NCBI GenBank assembly: GCA_031405455.1
Contig: JANNIY010000178.1
Span: 19,257 to 83,256 of the forward strand
Length of the DNA: 64,000 bases
Reading direction: 5' to 3'
Source of the DNA: Deltaproteobacteria bacterium
Lineage (GTDB): Bacteria; Myxococcota_A; UBA9160; SMWR01
Under the pieces are notes generated by a model that saw nothing but the letters and a program-made list of their open reading frames with translations, was not told the origin of the DNA and did not search any database. This document shows, piece by piece, positions 1-8,071 of the stretch. How positions within the stretch are numbered: the first letter of the stretch is position 1; each line of letters opens with the position of its first letter. The translations under genes were made by a program, and so were the position numbers.

Positions 1-602
1 AGGACGTCGGCATCAGCGCGCTGGCTTCGTTCATCATCGGGCTGCCGGGCGAGACCGAGGAGACGCTGCGCAAGACCGTCGAGTTCGCGAACGAACTGCA
101 CCAGGAGTTCGGGTCCTTGTACGGCTTCCACATTCTGGCGCCCTTCCCCGGCACCGAGGTGCGCGACAAGGCGAAAGATTACGGGCTCGAGATCCTCAGC
201 AACGACTGGACGAAATACGACGCCAACCACGTGGTGACGCGCACCCCGGGCGCCGACACCGCCGCGATTCAAAACGTCGCCGACGAGTACGAAGAAACGA
301 TGGAGCGCTACATGCGCTACCAGGATTATCTGTTCGCTCAAGACAAGCTCGAAGGCTACGAGAAGAAGATGTATCTGCGCCGGCGCCGTCAGTCGCTGCT
401 CTGGCAGCTGCTGCTGAACGACACCGTCGAAGGCCTGCCGGCCTTCCGCGGCGATGCGCCGCGCGAGCTCGAACAGGCGGTCGCGGCGGCGACCGGCGTC
501 GCGGCCGACGTGGCCGCCGAAGAGATGTCCCGCGTGCTCGCGCTCGGGGCGCTCGTCGGCGAGCGGACTTCCGAAGGCGTACGCTACGCCTGGTCGGAGT
601 GA
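1..602 (+). CDS. radical SAM protein, C-terminal part (5' end outside window)
   Basis: Frame 3 is open from the window edge. DVGISALASFIIGLPGETEETLRKTVEFANEL...ILAPFPGTEV resembles the C-terminal half of the radical SAM barrel. Stop at 600-602. Confidence 0.7.
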   Translation, partial: DVGISALASFIIGLPGETEETLRKTVEFANELHQEFGSLYGFHILAPFPGTEVRDKAKDYGLEILSNDWTKYDANHVVTRTPGADTAAIQNVADEYEETMERYMRYQDYLFAQDKLEGYEKKMYLRRRRQSLLWQLLLNDTVEGLPAFRGDAPRELEQAVAAATGVAADVAAEEMSRVLALGALVGERTSEGVRYAWSE

Positions 603-643
603 CGCCAGCGCCCGCGCGCGCGTAAGCTCCAGCGCGAGAAGCC

Positions 644-2038
644 ATGCCTGTCGAAGAACGAAAGAGCGCCATCGCGCTCGGCGTACAACTGCCCGGCGTC
701 TCCGACGAGGAGCACGCCTCCTCGCTCGCCGAGCTCGCGCGGCTGGGCAAGACGCTCGGCGTCGACGTGGTGGCGCGCGTCGTCCAGCGCCGGGCGAAGC
801 TCCACCCGGGCAGCGTCGTCGGCGCTGGCAAGCTGAAGGATCTCGCGGCCCTGACCGGCGGCAGCGGCGTGGTGCCGATGGGACCGCGCGGGCGGCGCAG
901 CAAGGTCGAAGAGGACGCTGAAGACGGCTCGGAGGACGCCGAGGACGCGGAATCGGACTCCGAGGAGAGCGCCGAAGCGCCGGCGCAGACCGAACCCGAC
1001 GCGCCTGCCGCCAGCCCGCGTGCGGGCGTCGTGCTCGTCGACCACGATCTCTCCCCCTCGCAAGCGCGCAATCTCGAGGGCGCCACCTCGGCCGAGGTGC
1101 TCGACCGCTCGGCCGTGATCCTCGCGATCTTCCAGCGCCACGCGCGCAGCCGCGAGGCGCGGCTCCAGGTCGAGATCGCTCGCCTCAGCTACTGGGCGCC
1201 GCGTGTGCGCGAACAGAGCGGCGGCAAGGATCGCCAGGGCGGCGGCGTCGGCGGCCGCGGCGCCGGCGAATCCCACCTCGAGCTCGATCGCCGCAAGCTG
1301 CGCGACCGCATCGCCGAGCTGCGCGCCGAGATCAAGGCGATCGAGCACGAGGCCGGCGTGCGGCGGCAACGCCGCGAGGAGCAGAACAAGGTCGCGCTCG
1401 TCGGCTACACGAACGCCGGAAAATCTTCGCTGATGCGCGTGCTCACGGGCAGCGGCGTGATGGTCGCCGACCGGCTCTTCGCCACGCTCGACACCACCGT
1501 GCGCGCGCTCCAGCCCGAGACGAAGCCGCGCGTCCTGGTCTCCGACACGGTGGGCTTCATCAAGAAGCTGCCGCACGAGCTCGTCGCTTCCTTCCGGTCG
1601 ACCCTCGATGAAGCGCGCGATGCGGAGCTGCTGCTGCACGTGGTCGATGCCGCGGACGCCGCCTTCCCGGCGCAGATCGAAGTCACGCGCGCCGTGCTCG
1701 CTGAGATTGGCGCGCAGGGACCGCGCCTGCTGCTGCTCAACAAGATCGATCGCGTCGACGCCGCACGCCGGGAGGCGCTGCGTGTCGAGTATCCGGACGC
1801 GCTGTTGCTCTCCGCCAAGGATCCGGAGGACGTGGTGCGGCTGCACGAGCGCATCCGGACCTTCTTCGAGCGCGACATGATCGAAACCGAACTCTCGATC
1901 CCGTACGCACGCCAGAAACTCGTCGCGGAGATCCATGGCACCTGCCGGGTGCTCTCCGAATCCCACGACGAGCACGGAACCCGGCTGCGGTTGCGCGCGC
2001 GGCCGGAAGTGATCGCGCGCCTGCGGGCTGCCGTCTGA
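644..2038 (+). CDS. hflX: GTPase HflX
   Basis: G1 GYTNAGKSS, G3 DTVGFI, G4 NKID, plus an HflX-type N-terminal domain. ATG 644, TGA 2036-2038. Confidence 0.95.
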   Translation: MPVEERKSAIALGVQLPGVSDEEHASSLAELARLGKTLGVDVVARVVQRRAKLHPGSVVGAGKLKDLAALTGGSGVVPMGPRGRRSKVEEDAEDGSEDAEDAESDSEESAEAPAQTEPDAPAASPRAGVVLVDHDLSPSQARNLEGATSAEVLDRSAVILAIFQRHARSREARLQVEIARLSYWAPRVREQSGGKDRQGGGVGGRGAGESHLELDRRKLRDRIAELRAEIKAIEHEAGVRRQRREEQNKVALVGYTNAGKSSLMRVLTGSGVMVADRLFATLDTTVRALQPETKPRVLVSDTVGFIKKLPHELVASFRSTLDEARDAELLLHVVDAADAAFPAQIEVTRAVLAEIGAQGPRLLLLNKIDRVDAARREALRVEYPDALLLSAKDPEDVVRLHERIRTFFERDMIETELSIPYARQKLVAEIHGTCRVLSESHDEHGTRLRLRARPEVIARLRAAV

Positions 2039-2160
2039 CTTCCCCGCCGACGTCGCAGGAGCTGGCTCCCGGCTCGCAAGCGGAGTGCCCGCATAGACCC
2101 CCCTGCCCCGGTTGCCCGCGTTGGGGGGAGCCCGGCATCGATCCCGGCGTCGCCGAACGA

Positions 2161-3201
2161 TTGGCCGAGTTCGCGCGCGAGGCCGGGCTCGCGCCGCCAC
2201 GTCTGATCTCGGGCGCGCGCCTGGGATATCGACACCGGGCGCGTTTGTCCGTGCGCGGCCGCGCCAACTCGCCGAAGTTCGGGATCTTCCAGGAAGGCAC
2301 GCACCGGATCGTCGACATCCCCCGCTGTCGCGTCCACCATCCCGTCATCAACCGCGTCGCGGCGGCGCTGCGTCGCGCGCTGCGCGAGACGGCCACGCCG
2401 CCCTACGCGGAGCGCCCGCACCGCGGCGCGCTGCGCGGCGTGCAGATCGTGATCGAACGCGCGAGCCAGCGCGCGCAGGTCGTGCTGGTGGGCAACGCCA
2501 TCGAGCCCACGCCGCTCGAGCGGCTCGCGCGCGCGCTCGAGCCGCTGCTCGCGAACGATCTTCACAGCCTGTGGTGGAACGGCAATCCCGAGCGCACGAA
2601 CGTGATCCTCGGTCCGCACTGGCAGCATTTCTCGGGGCCCGAGACCGTGCGCGAGCGCATCGGCGGTGTCGACGTCTTCTTTCCACCCGCCGCCTTCGGG
2701 CAAAACCATCTCGACCTGGCCGATCGGCTGGTCGAGCAGGTGCACGCCTGGGTTCCGGAGGACGGGCGCGTGCTCGAGCTCTACGCCGGCTGCGGACCGA
2801 TCGGCCTCGGGCTGCTCGCGCGCAGCCGCGAAGTCACGTTCAACGAAGTGTCACCGGCGGGCCTCGAGGGCCTCGCGCTCGGCCTCGCCGCGCGCCCCGA
2901 GGCCGAACACATCCGCGCGCGTGTGATCCCAGGCGAAGCCGGAGCCGCGCTCGGGGCGCTCGCTGTCTGCGACACCGTGATCGCGGATCCCCCGCGCCAG
3001 GGCCTCGACGCCCGCCTGCTCGAAGCCCTGATCGCGCAGCCACCCGAGCGCCTGATCTATGCGAGCTGCGACGCCACCACGTTCCTCGCACAGTCCCGCA
3101 CCCTCATCCAGCGCAGCCCGCTCCGCCTGCGCGAGCTGCTCGCCTGCGAGCTCTTCCCGCAGACCCGCCACGTCGAAACGCTCGCGCTGTTCACGAGTTA
3201 G
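2161..3201 (+). CDS. RumA/RlmD-family SAM-dependent RNA (uracil-5) methyltransferase; true 5' end lies upstream of 2161
   Basis: Class I methyltransferase core (LELYAGCGPIGL, DPPRQG, IYASCD). The first canonical start is TTG 2161, but the same frame encodes ECPHRPPCPGC at 2083-2115 (see finding). Confidence 0.85.
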   Translation: MAEFAREAGLAPPRLISGARLGYRHRARLSVRGRANSPKFGIFQEGTHRIVDIPRCRVHHPVINRVAAALRRALRETATPPYAERPHRGALRGVQIVIERASQRAQVVLVGNAIEPTPLERLARALEPLLANDLHSLWWNGNPERTNVILGPHWQHFSGPETVRERIGGVDVFFPPAAFGQNHLDLADRLVEQVHAWVPEDGRVLELYAGCGPIGLGLLARSREVTFNEVSPAGLEGLALGLAARPEAEHIRARVIPGEAGAALGALAVCDTVIADPPRQGLDARLLEALIAQPPERLIYASCDATTFLAQSRTLIQRSPLRLRELLACELFPQTRHVETLALFTS

Positions 3202-3344
3202 CGGCGCAGCCCCCTACTCGGACGCTGGCTGCCCTCTTATACTGACGATCCGTATCCGCACGACGCGATACCGCCATTCGGCTTGCCTCCTACAGCAACC
3301 AGCGTGACATCGATCCTCGGCGACGCTCGCATGGCTACAACCCG

Positions 3345-4967
3345 ATGGGAACCCACATGGCGCGTTTTCTGAAACTGGGTATCGGCTCTCTGATCACCTT
3401 CCTGCTGGTGGTCGCCTTCATGCTTCGCTCGGGCCTGCTCGCAGCGGGCAAGCAACCCACCGCGATCGTCGGTGTGTCATTCGCTGGGGAGGTGTTTCGG
3501 AGCTACCCCGCCATTCCCCAGCCGTTGACGGGTTTCGCATCCCAACAAATCCTGCACCCGTTCATGGCCTTCGAAGGCGGCGGTCTGCACGGCAACGCCT
3601 ACAACTCGGATGTACACGTCACCGGTGGCCCGCTCGGCAACGACCTGCAGGTGAAGACCCGCAGCGTCTCGCCCTTCCCCGGCGGCGTCTGCCCCACGAT
3701 CACCTTCGACAAGAGCGGATTGATCGTCGCGATGTGCGCATCGTTTCTGGGCTTCGAGCTCAATCTTTTCGAGCCCCACAGCCTCAACCTGCTCGCAACC
3801 CACAAGCTCGTCACGCGCCCCTCCAGCTTCGAGGCGCTCGTGAAATGGAACCTCGACATCATCTTCCTCGACACCAGCGGAGGGAGCTACTTCTATCTCG
3901 ACGACCAGGACCGCGCGGTGCTCGCCGACGCCGACCAACGCATCCAGAGAATTGCCCATCGCCAGAAAGCCAATGGCGAGTGGGAATTCCACGTCGCGGA
4001 TTCGTGGGACCTGAAGCCGGTCGCACCGCACGACTGCCTCGACATCGACAACTGGTTCCCGCAAGGCGAGTGCGACCCGATCACTTCGGTGATGCCGGAT
4101 TACGCCGGGCGCATCTGGTGGGTAACGCGCTTCGGCCGTGTCGGAACACTCACCCCGGCCACCGGCGAAGTCGCCGTACATCGTTTCGACGGGGAAGAAA
4201 TCCAGAACAGCTTGTCGGCGGATCGCGACGGCATGTACGTGATCACCGACTACGCGCTCTATCACATGGTTGCCGACGGCGACGGCAAGCCACGCACGCT
4301 GTGGAAGGAAACCTACCTGCGCAGCGACCGCTACCGTTACGGAAACATCAATAACGGTTCCGGCTCGACCCCGACGCTGATGGACGATGCGCGCGGCCGG
4401 AAATACGTAGCCATCACCGATGCTGGCGATGACCGCACGGGCCTGGTCGTCTACCGACGCGAAGCCGATGTCCGCGGCCCGCGCCAGATCTGCCGGGTGC
4501 CGCTCTTTGGCAAGGACGCGTCTGCCGTGGAGATCTCGCCGATCGGCTGGGGTCGTTCGCTCGTCGTGAAGAACGATTCCGGCTACCGCAGCGCGTTTCA
4601 CGGCACATCGGAGGCGGCGATCGCCGGCGGCATCCTGCGCGTCGACATCCGCGAGGATGACAGCGGCTGCGACGTGGTGTGGACGGCGCCCGAGCGCGTG
4701 CCGGCTGTGGTCGGAAAGCTGTCCACCAACGGCCTGCTCTACTTCTACGCGTTCGAGCAGCAACCCGATGGCGAGAATGCCTGGTATTTCATCGCTCTCG
4801 ATTTCGTCACCGGCAAACCGGTCTACAAACGCTTCATCGGCGCCGGCCAGCACTTCGACATCAACTGGGGCTCGCCCGCGATCGCGAGGGACGGCGCGGT
4901 CTACCTCGGTGTGGTCGAAGGCATCCTCAGGATCGCCGATGCGCGGCCTGCCGCCGGCGGAGAGTGA
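3345..4967 (+). CDS. hypothetical membrane-anchored protein, beta-propeller-like
   Basis: N-terminal hydrophobic anchor LGIGSLITFLLVVAFML. Blade-like motifs recur (GRIWWVT, DGMYVITD, RKYVAITD, NGLLYFYA, DGAVYLGV). An alternative ATG at 3357 has GGGAA upstream. Confidence 0.7.
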   Translation: MGTHMARFLKLGIGSLITFLLVVAFMLRSGLLAAGKQPTAIVGVSFAGEVFRSYPAIPQPLTGFASQQILHPFMAFEGGGLHGNAYNSDVHVTGGPLGNDLQVKTRSVSPFPGGVCPTITFDKSGLIVAMCASFLGFELNLFEPHSLNLLATHKLVTRPSSFEALVKWNLDIIFLDTSGGSYFYLDDQDRAVLADADQRIQRIAHRQKANGEWEFHVADSWDLKPVAPHDCLDIDNWFPQGECDPITSVMPDYAGRIWWVTRFGRVGTLTPATGEVAVHRFDGEEIQNSLSADRDGMYVITDYALYHMVADGDGKPRTLWKETYLRSDRYRYGNINNGSGSTPTLMDDARGRKYVAITDAGDDRTGLVVYRREADVRGPRQICRVPLFGKDASAVEISPIGWGRSLVVKNDSGYRSAFHGTSEAAIAGGILRVDIREDDSGCDVVWTAPERVPAVVGKLSTNGLLYFYAFEQQPDGENAWYFIALDFVTGKPVYKRFIGAGQHFDINWGSPAIARDGAVYLGVVEGILRIADARPAAGGE

Positions 4968-6081
4968 CGCCTTGCAATTTCCGGCCTACCTCGCGTTCAC
5001 CGACCCGGTCACGTTGTACCGGATCCTGAAAGCCAACGGCGGGTTCGATGCTCGACATACCCCACGCGTCCTCATGCTGTTTCTGGTGTCCATCGCGCTG
5101 CTGCCGTTCAACTGGCTGGAACGAGCCTGGTTCGGCAAGCGAATCGCCGAGACGGAGCTCAGCGACAGCCCGCTGATCATTCTCGGTCACGACCGCAGCG
5201 GCACCACGCACCTGCTCAACCTGATGAGCCTCGATCCGCAGTTCGCCTACACGCGTCCTTCGCAGATGGTGCTGCCGGGCTGCTGCATCCTCTTCGACAG
5301 GGTGATGGACTCGTTGCTGGGCTTTATCGATTTCCGGCGCCCGTTCGACGACATGGCAGTCGGCCCGGGCAGCCCGCAGGACGACGAGGTGCCGCTGGTG
5401 AAACTCACGCCGCACTGCGAGTACCACAAGTACAGCTTTCCGCGGAACTACCGGTATTGGCTGGACAGCTACGTATTCGATTTTTCCATCGATTCGCCGG
5501 CCTATCCGGAATGGAAGCACGCGTATCTGGGCACGCTGCGCAAAGCGGCCGTGTTGATGCAGCGCCAGCGTTCGCTGCTGAAGAGCCCGGCCACGATGGC
5601 CAATCTCGCGGTCGTGCTCGAGCTATTCCCCAACGCCAAGTTCATTCACATCAAGCGCAACCCCTACAGCGTGATTCCGTCGCAGATCCATCTGCACGCG
5701 ACGATGGCGCGCAAGTACGGCCTCGAATCCGTTTCGGACCCGCAGATCGTCGAGTTCGCGTTGTACCAGTACAAGGGCTACATGGAGGGATTCCTGCGCG
5801 ACAAGCACAGGATCCCGTCCGAGAACTTCATCGAGATCCGCTATGAGGATTTCATCGCCGACCGGATGCGCTGGCTGCGTGTCATCTACGACGAGCTCGC
5901 GCTCGGGGACTTCGCCGAGCGGGCAGGCCCGCTCGAGGAATACATCCGCAGCATCGAGAACTACGCGCCCCACCGTTTCGCCGAGGATCCGGTGTTGAAG
6001 CGCCAGATCGACGCGCAGCTCGGCTTTGCATTCGCCGCGCTCGGCTATGAGCCTGCGAAGCGCCCGGATGCAACATGCTGA
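4939..6081 (+). CDS. sulfotransferase family protein (PAPS-dependent type)
   Basis: 5'-PSB-like motif PLIILGHDRSGTTHLLNLM and 3'-PB-like FIHIKRNPYSVIPS, with a hydrophobic N-terminal segment. ATG 4939 overlaps the upstream stop by 29 nt; TTG 4972 is an alternative. Confidence 0.8.
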   Translation: MRGLPPAESDALQFPAYLAFTDPVTLYRILKANGGFDARHTPRVLMLFLVSIALLPFNWLERAWFGKRIAETELSDSPLIILGHDRSGTTHLLNLMSLDPQFAYTRPSQMVLPGCCILFDRVMDSLLGFIDFRRPFDDMAVGPGSPQDDEVPLVKLTPHCEYHKYSFPRNYRYWLDSYVFDFSIDSPAYPEWKHAYLGTLRKAAVLMQRQRSLLKSPATMANLAVVLELFPNAKFIHIKRNPYSVIPSQIHLHATMARKYGLESVSDPQIVEFALYQYKGYMEGFLRDKHRIPSENFIEIRYEDFIADRMRWLRVIYDELALGDFAERAGPLEEYIRSIENYAPHRFAEDPVLKRQIDAQLGFAFAALGYEPAKRPDATC

Positions 6082-6545
6082 AACGGATCCGCGAGGCGCT
6101 CGACGCCAACATCGACTACCGCGGAGCCATCATCGGCGCGACGCTGCTCGGCGCGATCGTGTTCCGCCTCAACTACGCCCACGGCGCTCCGCTTGCAACG
6201 GTTGCCGGCCTCAAACAGGCTACCTACACATTCTTCGTCGCGGGTTTCATCGTGAAGAACAACGAGAGGCTGGCGCGAAGAGGGGCGAAGCCTGCAGTCG
6301 CCTTGCTGCTGGCGGCCTTTGTATCGACCAGCATTGCCGTAAGCCTGACGTTTCTCGTTCACAGCCTGAAGGGGACACCCGAACCCGCGCTCTCCACGCT
6401 GCCGACAGCCTTGATCGGGCCACCGGGGTTTCTGATTCTCGCCTGGCGCGCGCGCAGGAACGGAGTCCGTGAGCTCCCCCAGCCGGTTGGCACTCTCGAA
6501 CTCGACTCTCCTGCAGGGAACAGGAGAGGTCGTGAAGAAATCTAG
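6075..6545 (+). CDS. small polytopic membrane protein, unknown function
   Basis: 156 aa with 3-4 hydrophobic segments. Its ATG overlaps the sulfotransferase stop by 7 nt. Confidence 0.6.
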   Translation: MLKRIREALDANIDYRGAIIGATLLGAIVFRLNYAHGAPLATVAGLKQATYTFFVAGFIVKNNERLARRGAKPAVALLLAAFVSTSIAVSLTFLVHSLKGTPEPALSTLPTALIGPPGFLILAWRARRNGVRELPQPVGTLELDSPAGNRRGREEI

Positions 6546-6639
6546 GCTCCGCGCCTGCTTCGAGCGCGCCAGGGTCGAAGAGGAGATCAAGGTCCCCTAC
6601 GCGCTAGCCGTTTCCTGAAGAACGATGAACCGATGGCCG

Positions 6640-6674
6640 TTCACGGCGTGAACCACTGTTAACGGTTTCCGTTA
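6640..6674. promoter_or_regulatory. two short inverted repeats upstream of higB (candidate HigA operator)
   Basis: TTCAC-GGC-GTGAA at 6640-6652 and TAACGG-TTT-CCGTTA at 6660-6674, 26-60 nt upstream of the higB GTG. A TACTAT -10-like hexamer lies at 6673-6678. Confidence 0.3.
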
Positions 6675-6699
6675 CTATCGGCTATCCTACGTTTTCTCG

Positions 6700-6981
6700 G
6701 TGATTCGAAGCTTCGCGAGCACCGAGTCCGAGAAGGTGTTTCGGAGGCTGCGGGCGCGTGGGTTACCACCCGACGTTCAACGCCGCGCGCACCGGAAGCT
6801 GCTGCTGCTGGACGCCGCCACGCGCCTCGAAGAGCTGCGCGTGCCGCCGGCGAATCGATTGGAAAAGCTCTACAGAAACCGGAAGGGCCAGTACAGCATC
6901 CGCGTCAACGAGCAATGGCGCATCTGCTTTCGCTGGCGAGAAGGGGACGCGTACGATGTCGAAGTCTGCGACTACCATTAG
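6700..6981 (+). CDS. higB: HigB-type toxin (RelE/ParE superfamily killer protein)
   Basis: 93 aa: ...NRLEKLYRNRKGQYSIRVNEQWRICFRW...VCDYH, the typical HigB-like toxin signature. Confidence 0.85.
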   Translation: MIRSFASTESEKVFRRLRARGLPPDVQRRAHRKLLLLDAATRLEELRVPPANRLEKLYRNRKGQYSIRVNEQWRICFRWREGDAYDVEVCDYH

Positions 6982-6991
6982 AAAGAGGAGC

Positions 6992-7297
6992 ATGCCGCGC
7001 CGATCACATGCGCCGATTCATCCCGGCGAGATCCTCGAGAAGGAATTTCTGGCGGATCTTGGCGTGAGCCAATACAGACTCGCCAAGGAGATCAGCGTTC
7101 CGCCTCGGCGGATCAACGAGATCGTCCACGGGCTGCGGGGGATCTCGGCGGATACCGCGCTACGACTCGCGCGGTACTTCGGAACCAGCGAGCAGTTCTG
7201 GATGAATCTCCAGGCGCGCTACGCCCTCGAGGTCGAGCGCGATCGCCTGGGGCCGCGGCTGAAGCGGGAGGTCGCGATCCTGAAGCGAGCGAGCTGA
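6992..7297 (+). CDS. higA: HigA antitoxin (XRE-type HTH)
   Basis: IHPGEILEKEFLADLGVSQYRLAKEISVPPRRINEIVHGLRGISADTALRLARYFGTSEQFWMNLQ. RBS GAAAGAGGAG lies upstream of ATG 6992. Confidence 0.9.
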   Translation: MPRRSHAPIHPGEILEKEFLADLGVSQYRLAKEISVPPRRINEIVHGLRGISADTALRLARYFGTSEQFWMNLQARYALEVERDRLGPRLKREVAILKRAS

Positions 7298-7363
7298 TCC
7301 GTCGATGGCGGCGCTCATGATGCCGCCGGCGTGGCCGGAGCCTTCGCCGACGGTAAAGAGGTG
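7298..7363 (-). pseudogene. internal remnant of a COG2509-type FAD oxidoreductase gene (paralog of 10826-12463)
   Basis: Encodes HLFTVGEGSGHAGGIMSAAIDG, against NLFPVGEGSGHAGGIMSAAIDG near the C-terminus of the intact gene. It is bounded by an in-frame TAG (7364-7366) and by the higA stop codon (7295-7297). Confidence 0.6.
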
Positions 7364-7373
7364 CTACCACTAA

Positions 7374-7490
7374 GATCTGCTCGAGCGCCTGGGCTGGCCT
7401 GGACGCATCGCGTTGGCTTCGGCGGTGGTGGTGGTGGCGATCGCGATCTTCGGCGCAACCAGCCGCCCCTTCAGCTACTTCCAGTTCTAA
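7374..7490 (+). other. coding-like fragment or mini-ORF ending in a hydrophobic helix
   Basis: Frame 3 reads DLLERLGWPGRIALASAVVVVAIAIFGATSRPFSYFQF*. GC3 is about 87%, above GC1, above GC2. The only internal starts are TTG 7413 and GTG 7425, and no clear RBS is present. Confidence 0.3.
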
Positions 7491-7661
7491 AGCGCAGCCC
7501 GACGCCGCGCCGGCCAGCGATTCGTCGGCTTCGATCGATGCTGCGGATCCTGGCGCCCACGATACCTTCCGGGACTGTAGTTTCAGGGGTTGCAGACTCA
7601 GCGCGCTGCTGCGTCCTCGCGCCGAATCGTTCCACCCGACACACGCCCAGGAGATCGCTGC

Positions 7662-8036
7662 ATGAGCATCGATGTCATCGTTCCGGATTCCGCCCGAAAG
7701 ACCTACGAGAGCTGGCACTTCGCTCCCGCGGTTCGCCACAACGATCTGATCTTCTTCTCGGGAGTCATCGGCCGAGGCGAATCGGCCGAGGCCGAGTTTC
7801 GAAATGCCTGGCAATCGCTCGGCAAGACGCTGGCGGCGGCCGGTGTCGGATACGAGGACATCCTGGATTCCACGCTCTATATCGTCGATCTACAGAAACA
7901 CGCCGCGACGATGGCCAAGGTGAAGGATGAATTCATCCGGGAGCCCTACCCCGCGTCCACCTGGATCGGCGTCAGCGAGCTGGTCATTCCCGGCACGCGC
8001 GCCGAGATCAAGGTGACCGCGCGCAAGCGAGCCTGA
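7662..8036 (+). CDS. ridA: RidA/YjgF/L-PSP family protein
   Basis: ...RHNDLIFFSGVIG...DILDSTLYIVDL...PASTWIGVSELVIPGTRAEIKVTA. RBS CAGGAG lies upstream of ATG 7662; the ORF track start at 7590 is probably an over-extension. Confidence 0.85.
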   Translation: MSIDVIVPDSARKTYESWHFAPAVRHNDLIFFSGVIGRGESAEAEFRNAWQSLGKTLAAAGVGYEDILDSTLYIVDLQKHAATMAKVKDEFIREPYPASTWIGVSELVIPGTRAEIKVTARKRA

Positions 8037-8071
8037 TCGTCGAAAGGGCGCCAACGCAAAGCCTGCGAGCA

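Noticed and set aside
7357-7665. Frame-1 open reading frame ending in an ATGA overlap with the ridA start.
   Set aside because: It has no ATG, GTG or TTG anywhere in its 103 codons, and its codon-position GC pattern is not gene-like. The ATGA overlap is probably coincidental.
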